Source: Amoeboaphelidium protococcarum X5 (Eukaryota; Fungi; Aphelidiomycota). Taken from it: a stretch of DNA of 64,000 nt. Position numbers and translations under genes: made by a program. The stretch lies in contig JALDTO010000146.1 in NCBI GenBank assembly GCA_023515725.1, positions 620,001 through 684,000 of the forward strand. The letters run 5' to 3'. The notes under the pieces were generated by a model. It saw only the letters and a list, made by a program, of their open reading frames with translations. It did no database searches and was not told the origin of the DNA. This document shows, one piece after another, positions 27,255-39,599 of this stretch. Position 1 is the stretch's first letter; every line of letters starts with the position of its first letter.

Positions 27255-28358
27255 TCAAATAGGATCCACATCAATAGCAATCAAGGCAGACTCTAGAGAT
27301 TTTCTATATACAGCAGATATATCGAATCCTCCAGCCAATTTGCCAGCATTAGTAAAAGCTTCAATCGCAGGATCCCTAACGCCATCCAAGTCAATCTCTG
27401 CCGTCCTCTCATAATCTGATTGAAGAGGATCAACCATAAATCGAGATTACGCGGATCCAGCCAGTCTTTACTACTTGATCAATTTAATGCGCTCCTCTAT
27501 AGTGAGACTTTGACCAGGTACATTTGTAATAACATCAACGGATTATAAATTCACGTCACCATCCTCCACTTACCTATCCTTATGCATCAATGATTTTTGT
27601 TAAAGTTTGAGCTGCATTTACTTGACCATATTCTGAGCATCTGCAACGCGTCGAAGTTCAATTTCGCGTTCTTATTGCTACACAGCCAGCCGTAACAGCT
27701 CATCCTCTTCCTCCTACACTGCGGAAATAACAAATGTCAGATAAATGCAATCTAATGAGCATAATACCTCTGCCTAAGTATTCTAGAATAAAGCATCCTG
27801 ATTCTACTTTTATAACTAATCGATCTTTACATTAACGGCTTGGACATCAGGATCATTCACCATCTCAAATATCATATCCTCAATCTTTTCCAAGTAGTCA
27901 TTATAAGCCCTCAAATCTCCATTAAAATCATCTTCACTCTTTTAGAATCTACATATATCCATTACACGTGCAGTAAAGTTTTATATAACACTAAAATCAA
28001 CAAGATTACATTCGCCATACTCGCTTCCGAATGCGACACTCTTTTTCCACGTACATGTCCTCAAAGATGGGCTTCATAAAGTTGGATTTCTTCAGGGAAG
28101 TCTAGCATATGGGACAAGGCGCACTTCCTCCGGCGAAAATTCTATTCACACACGACTCGCACCTACATGATTGTATAATTCAGTAGCATGAAGATGGATC
28201 GCGTCATGGAACAATGATTAGACGTAGAATGAGACTTACATCTTGTGGTAGCAGGGACTAACTAGTAATATCATTGACGGGTTGAGGAACTTGTCCATCT
28301 TGCATATTGGACATGGCTCATTGATTTCACCTTCGACTTTCTTTTTCACTGAGGACAT
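27255..28358 (-). CDS. TFB3: CDK-activating kinase assembly factor MAT1/Tfb3 (RING), 2 short introns
   Basis: CPICKMDKFLNPSMILLVSPCYHKM|CESCVNRIFAGGSAPCPIC, FEDMYVEKECRIRKR, C-terminal AGG motif. Confidence 0.92.
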
Positions 28359-28978
28359 TGCTTAAGGGATTGCTCGTATTAAAGTAATAAGAAAAGTCTG
28401 AAAGTATAACAAGATAAGATCAATGTGATGGTTCTGTTAATGAGAACTCAAGTTAAATATATCGAACCTCGTGGACTGGAATGAGTTCCTTAGAATGCTG
28501 ATTAAAAAATTTCCTCAACTGCAGAATATATCAATGATAAATTACGTAGCCAAAATTGTAGAGGACGGTTTTTTGGAAAGTCTCTGAAATAAATGACATA
28601 GTTTTAAATGACGCTTACGCTGTGATAAACCACTCAAATATCATCACTGGAGAACTTATACGACGTTTTACGTGTCAGAAAGCTGAGTGAATATCAGGCG
28701 CTACATGTCAAGTGCGTGTTTGAATCTAAAGCAATTGTTTTTGAGTATTTAAAACCGAATTGCAGATTCTTACTTGAAAGAGGTGGGTATTGAGCAAATG
28801 GGAGTGCACATAGTCGTCTTGTAATCAATAAGATGGTCAAAATTTGTGTGTTATCATATCTACAAGCTGAATTATTTATAAAATTGATGTTGATCGTATG
28901 CAGTGGTTTACTGAAAGTGAAACAGAAACTAGTCAGTCATTTTACGCATTACAACCACACTTTTGTTCGTCAAAAATA

Positions 28979-30725
28979 TCATTGAATAATCTAAGTTTGC
29001 AAATAATTTTCAAGATCCTATAATCCCCAACGATGCTCCTACAGCTATAAGCAGTTCTCGACTATCTTATGAATAGAAGTGCTATACTGAGCGAACTCAC
29101 TCTTCCACGCGACTTGGTCTAGATTTAAATCACACCACTCCTTTCTCTCCTCTATTGTTGACCTTCTGTCGACTACGAAGCCCCAGTTGAAGTTGCTAGA
29201 CGTCCATTGCAATATCATGACTCCTATCAACCACATTTTTTGATTTGCCAAAACCGGGCCATCAGGAGCTCTGTCACGAGCTTAACGAGGCTTTGGTGCA
29301 GACTTGTTTTACTGAGTTGACATATCATAATCAATTAAAACAATCGCTTTGCCATCTTTCCAGCAAATATTGGCAGCACGAATGTCACAATGACATCTTC
29401 TATGCTTTGTTGACAGACGGCTCAATATATCCACCAACTGAACTGAGACGTTCTTCAGCTACAACATACCCGATGGTGGATTGCTATAAAGATCACCACC
29501 TTCTTATAGTGGCATACATAGTAATTATTCTTCGAGTCTCTAGTCCTTACACAAACTATCATCCGAGAGTAGCGCATACTTTATCACATTGTCATTCCCA
29601 GACCACACGCTTATTAGTTTTGTCCACATAGATAGGATTATAAAACGACGGGGCAGCAGATAAATGGGAAGCATCCTATTCGCGAAATTACACCGACACT
29701 AAATTGGGTGGCAACCAGCAATAATTCGCTCTTTAGTGTAACAAGGCTACATTCTTATCAATAAGACGATCTTAAACTCGTACAGCCCACAGCACCCAAT
29801 GGAATAACATTTGAGCCATTCTGTGGCCACTAAAGTATTCTGAACAGTGGACTGCAATATTACCGGCATAAATCTCACTCAAATCGATATAAATCATAAA
29901 TAAAGATCTATGCGACAACAAAGGAGCATACACCTATCAGTTATCGCCAAATATAGACTAAATCTCAGCTGGTAGAAGCATAGGAAAGACGCGTAGAATG
30001 TAGCTGAAGGCGTACAAGGCAGTCTGACGCACATTATCTTAAATCTAGTACAGCGTCTTTCCATACAATAAAACATCTCTTTTCACCTCTGCATGAGCAC
30101 CAATAATGTCAGTAGAATCAGTATTCTCAAGCATAAAATCAGGTTGACTACTGCGAGGACAAAAGACTCTTGGTTGCAGCGGATTAGTGGAGGTGACAAA
30201 GCCTAAATTCCTGGGAATCTCCTTGCCAATGACCCATCTATATTCCTTACGGCCAATTACTTTTAAAACTACATCCAGCAGCTATTTTACAAGAGGCTGA
30301 GTATCTTTCACTTCATCTGGATCTGGAAGATTACACAACTTATTCAATTCATTCACAATAAAGCCGCTCTACGTTTGCATACAACATGTGACGTTGCACC
30401 TATCTGAGCCTGAATTCTCTGGCTTATTTTACTGTCAACCACAAGACTGCTGGAACAGAAAGATATAGATAATGTGAGTTAGAGTGTGTTAAATAGAAAT
30501 TATATATAATTTATTCACAATGTTTGGCAAGCCGTTCAATATTTATACTTTCTGTTGGTCATCAAGGCCACTGCCAAGGTCGGTTATATTACCAGACGAC
30601 TCAGCAGCACGCGATCGGAGTTTAGAGGCAACTGCACTAGAAACATAACTGCTTTAACTGACATTGTGTTATTGCGCGTATTCTCTAGCATTACTGAGAG
30701 CCTTTTACTAAGATAATCGAGGCAT
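28979..30725 (-). pseudogene. Decayed Crinkler(CR)-type gene: PD-(D/E)xK restriction-endonuclease-like domain plus protein kinase
   Basis: QPDFML..HAEVKR..RQTALYA (about 30015-30145); kinase HCDIRAANICW and VLIDYDMS (about 29315-29392). In-frame TGA at 29937-29939 and a frameshift near 29595. Confidence 0.7.
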
Positions 30726-32465
30726 TTGTATTTATGCCTTTGAACTTTAGTTCAAGGTTTGAAAGCAACAATTGACCCCCACTACCGTTTTGTTTGTTTT
30801 CGTTGTTTGTTCTCACGAGTTTGATCTCGCACACATTGAAGGTAATGATCATCATCAATGCATTACTCCTTAGTACGGCCACTGCTTGATATTAGGTCCT
30901 TTAGTGGTAGGCACAGCTAAATCTTCTGCGGTTATAACGGGCCGTCTTCTATCTTTGAATGATAAAACACACTAAACGGATATCGATCAGCTGATAAATC
31001 GCACTACGTAACATTTGTGACAACAGGAAATTGAAATACTTAGTAATCTACACAACGTTCATTATTATAACCAGCACCAGCACTTGTACTACCATGTACG
31101 AATGTTCATAGTTTTCGAATTGACTATAACTTGATGGAGATTAAACCCCATTGCATTTGTCAAATGCTTCTTCCTGATTGGATTTTAATCACTAATACAA
31201 TGAGTTATTAAACTCACCGTTGCATAACGTATGCGATATGTAGCGTTGTAATTGCAACGTTTCCAAGATATTAGTGAATATGAAGAGGAACGACTATTTA
31301 AGTTGGATCACCGCGTTGTGATGTTTCATCTCTTTTCATCTCGACACACCGATATAAGAATTTGACTTCAGTCACGCTTGTTCTCAAGAACTAAAGATTT
31401 TATGGTTAGCTTTCGCGAGTATACTCATACTGTACAAGTCTGAGTTCGGAATCCCTGACGATCAAATGATTGTATAAATTGCCCAAAATGATACGATGAG
31501 ATACCCGTTATTATGCAAATGGACAGATATCGCAGGAGTAATAGGCCGGCACACATAAGTCTATTCAACGATGATTGGTAACAACGCGGCCAGAATAGAT
31601 TAAGATTAACAGCACCTTGTGACTAAAGTACTTTAAGACATGTTGGATAGATGTCACAGGTGAGATTGGTGACTCAAGTGCGATCTGTTGTTGTGCATAA
31701 AAGGCTGGTTTGGCGTGAAAATCTTCTGTTCTGGAGAAGGAATTGTGATTGTGAATAGCGTTTTAATATAATGAGTTATAATAAAAATACTCCTCTTTCG
31801 GATGTCCCTATGGAGTCTAGCGCTACATAGACGCGTTCTACTTAATGTTATCGATATTTCAGGCCTTTTTAGGGAAAGGTTGAAATAGGATCGAAGCTGT
31901 CAGTTCCGAGTGGACGTATACCAAGACTAACTTGAAACGCAAATGCATCAATGTGGAAATGATGGCCAAATAATAAATCTGAAACGCTAATAGTATAGCC
32001 AAGAAAGTCAGCAGTAAGACCTAGATCAATCAAGTCTGCTTTAAGGATTAAGATTATTACTGGAGTGCTGTGTGTGAATGTCATATGATAAAATACGCGC
32101 CAGGTTGTAGTTGGATAAGCAACCTTTACTTCATGAAAGCAAATTACGCATTCATATTCGAAAAAATACCGACCCAGAACCTCGATATGGCTACTTTGCG
32201 CGAGTGCGTCTTTCGCAGTAGGCAACTCTTCGCCGATACGTTGAGAACATGGGAAGATATGTGCTACAGTACCAGATCGCCTTGAAAATGATATCATTGC
32301 ACCTTAATCAATAGATTCTGTCTTCTTGAAAGTGTGCTCTTTTACACGTAGATTCAAATTGTCTCAAATAACCAATGATTTAAAATTATTGTTATCGTTC
32401 TCATCTTCGATTATATTTGAATCGCTTTAGCAATTTCCTCTGAAAGTTCAAAGGCATGCGCGTAC

Positions 32466-32710
32466 TGCCGTCAAATTGGCACGATTTGGCTGGCCAACTA
32501 CGGCATTATGTAAAATAAGAAATGGCACATCGTTTATGAATGTCTTCGAGTCACCTGAACACCATGTGTGACTTTAATATCTTTTTGTCGACGCTGAGGA
32601 ACCCTTGGAACATAAACTTACTGTATTTTTCACAAATTAAGCGAATTAGGGACAGCAACGGATTTTCACCGACGATCAGACTGTTGCGCGCGTAGCCTGG
32701 ACTGATCATT
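32466..32710 (-). ncRNA. Candidate Fanzor omega-RNA scaffold / element right end
   Basis: Lies directly 3' of the Fanzor stop. Complementary pairs GATCAG/CTGATC and GCAAC/GTTGC, a CGGT-GAAA-ATCCG hairpin, and further stems AGTCAC/GTGACT and TGCCGT-AGTTGGC/GCCAATT-ACGGCA. Boundaries uncertain. Confidence 0.45.
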
Positions 32711-34794
32711 ATTGAGGGCGAGGAGGATCGTATCGAAATGGAACCGGCCTTTCACCACCGTCGCGATTTCTTGCCAGAAAGATGTAGCGAATGTTTCGTG
32801 CCGCATTCACATCACGGTGCCAGATAGCTAAGCAATTGTTATTTGGACAATAATTAATTCTCCATACTCGTGATTGAACAAGCTAAAACTCACAATTACT
32901 ACATCTTTGACTGGTTCGATACTCAGGGACCAAGCGGACTCTGCAGCGTTTCTTCGGCTCATAAAACAACCGCTTGTTAGGAGTCGCAGGATATCCAGGA
33001 GAAGCAGTGTCAAAGTTGCCAGCGCCATATGCAATGATGGTGTTATGGTCAAACTAACCATCTTGGCGGAGAGTTAACATACGCGCCAAATTGTCATAGG
33101 CCCTTTGACGCTTGGAGAATAGCTTTCTCCTCAGCTTTCGCCACATCTCAGGACGGTAGAAGCCAGTGAATGCATCTCTATGTTGCAGTACATACTGCAA
33201 ATGTTAGATGATTCCCAGAAACGAAGTTGATTTAACGGAAGGAATGTGGCCATGGCATTAACGATCTCTGGAGCTCTTTCATTCCATTCAGCCCGCTTCT
33301 TTTCACCTAAATTTTCTCCGTTCTCTTCACGCCATCTGGCAGTCGTGTAAACCAGCTCATGCTTTCCATTTGCAAACGGCGTCTGCTCGGTTGGAACATG
33401 TGGGATTCGGTCATCAGGACCACAAGAAGCAGCCAGAAGTACGCCACGATTGACGTCAATTCCGATTACGCGAGTTTCATGGTTTACATCCAGTTCTTGA
33501 TATCCGGTACCATCGAAAGCAAACCCGTAGCGGCTAGCAGGAGGAGCACGATACGCAGGCCGTAAAACGGAAGCAGAACATCCAACACCATCGGATGTTA
33601 TGGAGTAGCCAAAACGCCTTCTCTGATTTCCAATAGTGGAGACCTTGTTTAATTTGAAACAATGTGACCACAAAGCGTGAGCATTCATCTGACGAACGTC
33701 TGGCAGATTAGCAGCAACACAAATTTCCTTCAATACATTGGAGGTGATCAGGATGTGCTTCTGCGTAAATCCATTTAAAGGCAACAACGCGTAAACGTTA
33801 AGCAGAGGACCTTCATTGTTCAGCGGATACTCCTCCTCATACATTTCATGGTTATTTTCAAATGTTCGAAGGATACACCACATGGATTTCAGATAAAGAT
33901 GCCAGTTGTTCTGAAGACTAGGCTTGTCCATTGGAAGATTGCAAAGGATGTACTAACGTGCGCGCGTCTCGTAATAGTCCAGGTAATATAACACCAATTC
34001 TCCGTTACCACAATTATCAATGATTTCTGCAGGATAAGGAGGTATTTCTTCAATATCTTCAGGCGGATCTATCAAAGCCAAGACGTAAATAGCAAGAGTA
34101 TTAACATCAATTTCCTCTAAACAGAAGCCGAGATGCTTTCGAAACTTGTGGCGCAGCCGTTGTTTCAGCCTTGATGGCAACTTTGTGCTTATATGTCTAG
34201 CGCAATCGGCATTGTGAGCTGAAGCCGAGGTAGTAGCCATGTTTGAGTAGCCTCGCATGTCACACCAAAACAAGTCAACGGGACGACGAGGAACAAAGTG
34301 TGCTTTAATATACTCGTTTAAAGCCGCCCAGTTGCAGGTATTACGATTTAACAGATCACGCCGCCTAGGATTAGCAATCAAAGAGCTGAAGAAGTTACGC
34401 ATCTATCCATTTGCGCCAAAGCGGATGTCTGGCATTGGAGTGTCAGGATTGTATACCAAATGATTAAGCACGAAAGACAGAAGAAGTCTGCATGCTTCTA
34501 CTTTGAGATCAGTACAACGCGAAACCAAATCGCTGATCTCTTGCTTTACTGCGTCAAGTTTGCAAAATACATTTAAACCGATAGGTACAGCTACTTAGGC
34601 TTCAGCCACAGGTATTCCCATATTGTCTTGTGGTTTGGCAGCATTTCGTGTACGAGGGACATAATTGGGACACAGTTTACTGGATGAGCGCTTGTGATCG
34701 TCACGACCACATGCTTTACAATGCACTTCTCGTTGACGTTTACGCGGCGGTAAGCACCACCGATATCTGCTACCTCTATAGGGGGATCTGCCAT
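32706..34794 (-). mobile_element. Fanzor1 (eukaryotic TnpB-family RNA-guided endonuclease), about 696 aa after correcting two 1-nt frameshifts (about 34752 and 33246)
   Basis: N-terminal CKACGRDDHKRSSSKLCP; ALLPLNGFTQKHILI; FGYSITSDGVGCS; RuvC-I VIGIDVN (D 33455-57); IIAYGAGNF; RuvC-II VPEYRTSQRCSNC (E 32922-24); CPNNNC; RuvC-III WHRDVNAARNI (D 32811-13); terminal ERPVPF. Confidence 0.93.
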
Positions 34795-36092
34795 TTCTGA
34801 TTTTATTAAAGAAAAGAAGTGAAACCTGTTCGATTGTGCTTTTATAGTCAAAACCCCAATTTTTTGATTGGCAGAAAATGGCTCGGACGAATCTCACAAT
34901 GGAGTCCAGCTTTGCAAAATCTAATTTCAACCGCCAAGTTCAAGTAGTTACTATAAATAGGAAGAAGCAAGTTAACGTTAAGATCTTGACACAAGATATA
35001 GACCAACTTTAGTTAGTAAAATTAATAAACAGCTCTAAGGAGTTTTCTTGCAATTGTTTGGTCTAAAGCGATAACACTTTCCAAAAAATTTCTCGAAAAG
35101 CGCGCGAAATTTTGCCACGGCATTGTTTGGGGAATTACAAAGCGCTTCCAGCTACTAACTGGCGTTGTTAGTTTGGTGTTGCACGGAAAAATATATATTA
35201 CCCATTTATGGAATTATATTTATACTATACCTATGCATGCAAAAGTACATAGTGACTACCTTGTTTGTTGTCGCTGTAATTTATGAGCTGTCAATTGCTG
35301 CTTCAACCGGTAAACGGAGATTAGCCAACACGCCTGATAGTTTCAGAGGAGGCTCACTGCGTATAGTAGTTGCCGGATTATTTAACGATCGTTTTAACAG
35401 ATCCTGTAAGGTCAACCTCCTATATTCTTTAAGTTGGGTTCATATTATACCATGAAATCGCTATGTCCATTTGAGTGTTGATTCTTAATCGCAAGATGTC
35501 AGTTGAAACAGGATACTGCAGTGCGAACTTCCGAAGGAGTAGAAACACACAGTCTCGGCAAATAATTAAGCCCTAACAAAATTTAAGGCCTTCACCACCA
35601 ATTCATTACTTGTAACAAATCATTCCAATAGCCTTTGCTGCAGAAGGGCGCGGCGTATTAGGCCACCTCTTACTACAGTTCTTTGGAGCAGTAAACCATT
35701 ATATGCCTCATATAAAATCATGATACTACTTCTTTTCTAGATAAAGAAAACGCGTGATATGTATATGCAACTTTGCACCAGTGTCGGCACATTGCATGTT
35801 GGTGGAAATTCCCAGATTGTGACTGCAAATGATCTGTGTAATAATCTTCATATTCATTACGAATACTAAGGTATACCGGGTATACCGTGTGAGTTTTGTT
35901 ATTACTCTATAATTCATAAAAATATTTTTTAGTAAACCTGATAGACGCAGGAGCTTACACTACTACAATTGATACTGTCTAAACGTGTAGCTTATAGGCA
36001 TCTATCTCTTTAACGCGTCGCGTCAGTTTTCTCTTATAAAACCACTCCGTTTGAGATATCCAGGCCACTTACATAAATAAAATCGACTACTA

Positions 36093-37226
36093 ATGGCAGA
36101 GTAGATGTAAATTGATAGCGCAGTCCCATAAGAATCTGGTCATTCTGATCTGGAAGATGATGTTGAGCTGCCTTAACAGGCTGATAACGCAGACATAGAG
36201 GTTGAATCTTTACCAAAAGGCTTGTACTTTACTGGATACAACCTAGCGATGAAGGAATGGGCTTAAGCACCAGGTATCTATAAATTAATGTGTCTTTATA
36301 TCTTGATGTCTCAGCGATGTGTGTAGAGTATGCTGGTCTTGATTTGGGTTAGATGAGGCAGGCACTATAAATGAAATGGCAGTGCCTGCATGAAGATGAT
36401 AAAGCGGCTTTCCATCGCCGTTTAGCCACCGGGGATTTCTCTGGTGAGCTAAAATATAAGCTTCAGAGGTCCATATCAAAGACTGTGAAAGATCTGGTAA
36501 GTTGTTTATGTTTGTTTCAACTCTTATGCTAATCAAATACCGTAAATGTAGTTGATATTTGGAGAGATGATTGGTTTGGAGTCCCATCTGATGACGGCTA
36601 AATCAAAGGATGATGGGAACCGAATCGTCGATCTCGAGACGCAAGGGAGCACCCTCCTGACCACTATAGTCAATTAGTATCAGGAGGAGAAGTGCGTAGA
36701 TAATCTCCCTCTCGAGTAGACGATTGCTATGCTACTTAATGCATACAATTAGAACTAGGCTAATGGCCTAGATATTATCCGTAAGATCTATAGTGTGATG
36801 TATTTAATCATAACCGATTGCTTTTGTAGTTGTCAGAATGAATGGGAAGGCGTAGGCGGTGTCTGTGCCTAGAGTCGCCGATTAACTGGTGGTGGCAGAG
36901 AAGGCTGATCCCTACGATCAGATTCAGGCTTACTTTAACGCGTTATGGGGTAATATACTTTTTTTACGTGTCACGTAAGACTTATGCAATCCTTGTATGT
37001 AGAGCCAATAAGAACTGCCAGTTATCCCAAAGCACATCGTGCTTTTACTTTCACTAACTACAGTGCGTATGTTAGAGTGGAGGGGTTGCCTCAAGATCCT
37101 GGTAAGTAAGCTGGTGTAATCAAACTGGCGAATCCAAAGACGCATAAGTATTCGGACGCCTAATTGAGAGCAATAATGTCTGCAATCAGCAAGAAGTAGA
37201 TATCATTGGTTCCTATAAATAATTGA
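36093..37226 (+). CDS. HMG-box-like protein, probable transposon accessory gene (about 4 short introns)
   Basis: Spliced reading YFTGYNLAMKEWAQAP|EYAGLDLGQMRQALQMKWQCLHEDDKAAFHRRL fits an HMG box. C-terminus VEGLP...LRAIMSAISKKQISLVP. Confidence 0.6.
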
Positions 37227-37435
37227 GCAAATAAATACTTTCATCCGACATGCCTTCTACCTGACATTTCTGTATTGATAAACAACACAAGTCTCGCAAA
37301 AGTAGTCTCTTTAAAGCGCGACAATCATATCGCATAACATAACTTTTTATTCGTATTAAACTTATATCATCTTAAGGCCATTAGTCGCATCAGTCAATCA
37401 TCTAGCTGTCAATAATAGTGAATCATGACAAAGTC

Positions 37436-38159
37436 TCAAGCTACCGAGCTGTCAGCATCAATGGCATTATTCACATCGTTCAGCAAAGTTTCTACGCGGC
37501 GAGAGTAGGACGTGAACTATACCCAAAGCAAGTACTCCGATCTAGTTTCCTTGCTGAACTGCTTTAACTGTAATGCTGATAGCTTGATAAATTAGGCATT
37601 TGCTTTTAACTAGTCGTTATGCGCATTTACAGCTTTGTTGGATCTTACATTCTTCGGTACATTCGGTAGATTAGTGTCCCTAAAAAGCAAAGATTTCATA
37701 GGCATTAAGTATGTTATATGCCTTACTTTAACAGAGCTTAAATTCTGAGTATGGAATCCTTGTATTAACGAGTCTACCCGCGTCTTTTCATGTTCACTTA
37801 AACTTTGTTGTTGTCCCAATATTATTTATTGGCTATCTTGCGCTTTTCCTTTCGATCCTGCTCTCTCTACAGGGCTTTCTCCTCGATACTTAATGCAGGC
37901 TAGATTTTACGGGGCCTTCCTCTCTTAGTGCTGGGCTTCCAAGCACTGCCACTCTATTTACTTCTGTCCTCATTGTTAAATTCCTCAAGTGCAGCTTCTA
38001 AAGAGTCCTTTCTCTTTCTGGCCGGCCTATCCCACTCATTCCACCCATCGTCATGTTCCTCAGAACTATACCCTGCCAGAATTATAATAATGTGAATAAA
38101 CATATTCAAAAGAATGTACCGTAGTTATTGTTTTAATTCCAGGCCTGGTAATATGTCAT
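37436..38159 (-). CDS. AT-hook / basic-region protein (2 introns), probable transposon accessory gene
   Basis: KPSTKRGRPRKIQ AT-hook, then basic RKEKRKIANKQYWDNNK. GT-AG introns at about 38078-38119 and 37680-37726 restore the frame to TGA 37436. Confidence 0.55.
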
Positions 38160-39211
38160 ATTAGTTGTTCAATGTGATGCGTCGTTTGTTTTCTCGCAAC
38201 TCTTGTCGAGAGAAGCAAAGCGCGTGGCATACTGTAGTGCGCTATCGTTTTGCCATGGAACTATGCTTGGTCTATCCAGTCTTGTCTGAGTATGTCAAAG
38301 CTTTTATAGTTTATGGAGTTCAGTGATGGTCGATGGACTCGTGTTTATTTCATCTACAGCGCTTTTGGATTGAGCTCGTAGTCATCCGACTACACTTGGT
38401 CTATTGGCGTCATGTCCGTTGTCTGCGATTAACTTTTAAGGTCTTATGAAAGTACATTCTGATTAAAGGCAGACTATTAATTGTGTACATATACTTTGTA
38501 TGGCGGAGGACCATGAGATATCTCGGGCTGTTGATTATCTGGTATCTCGCGTTTTCGATACATGTCCGTACGATGAGATTTATAATGCTTATGTTAAATA
38601 ATTAATGCAGAAAGAGAATCTTAATTATTCAAAGTGTTATTATATAATCATGGTCACATCTAAATCATCAAGTCGGAGGTTGAGGCTGGCTTTTTAAATT
38701 ATTATCATGCTAAGCTGATCGACAAATGAACGGTAGCGTCGTGTGTCGATGTCTGTCAATAAATGGTGAAGACTGTATAGTTATTATAAACAGCACCGTA
38801 AATTTTATCTGGTGATATGTGTGTTAAGGATAACATACATAATCATTTATTAAAAGTTGGATTTCATGCTTCTCCGTTAGTTCAGTCTGGTCCTTCTTGT
38901 CAAGTGTCTTGCCGCAAGTCGTTTATGTATTGCTTTTCACACTTACACGCGTATAACTTTTAGAGAAATTGGTATTTTGGTGTAAAGTCATATATTGTTG
39001 GAATCAGGGGAAAAAATGGATGAAACTAGTGTTGGCTTTATGAGATTGCTTTATTTGATTATGAGATACTACTGCTGGGTTTTGAAAATCTATGTTTGTA
39101 GTCAAACTGTATAGGAAAGTTGGTCGATATTTTTCAAACAAAAGATATCCACCATATTTTTACATTACACTATAAAGGATGCTAAATTAGATCAGGATAT
39201 GTTAGTAAGAG

Positions 39212-39562
39212 ATGTTTGAAGTGTATATACTCTTAATATGGATCATTTTGGCCTTATTTTGGACAATTATCGGTTATGTGGGATTAGTCGTGTTGAGGAT
39301 GCATTCATCAACTCCACAGATATATCAACCCGATTGCTATATAGAAGTCTCATGGCCATTGTTATTATGTATTATATATATGTTATTATGCGTAGTTGTC
39401 AGTACCTTTGGACACAATAAGTATGACGCGTATGACTTAGTTGGATTCTCGTTGTTAGTACTGATATCTTAGACGCGGTTTATTGATGAGAAATCTATGA
39501 ATACAATACATCAAGTTATAGCACTGTATTATGCAGATATGAAAAACGTATAATATGTATGA
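39212..39562 (+). CDS. Possible small membrane protein, about 116 aa
   Basis: Open frame with 2-3 hydrophobic stretches. No recognisable family; could be AT-rich noise. Confidence 0.25.
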
Positions 39563-39599
39563 TTTGGCCCGTAATATATATATTTGATGATCAATGGAG

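Noticed and set aside
31200-32450. ORFs 31869-32297 (-) and 32070-32285 (+) as a Fanzor-associated transposase
   Set aside because: No DDE, HUH, serine- or tyrosine-recombinase motifs were recognisable, and the plus-strand frames are broken by TGA.
35100-35950. Possible gene or terminal repeat between Fanzor and the HMG gene (GGTATACC palindromes, shared ACGGCATT 8-mer)
   Set aside because: The frames I read are closed by TGA or lack motifs, and the matches are too short to exceed chance.
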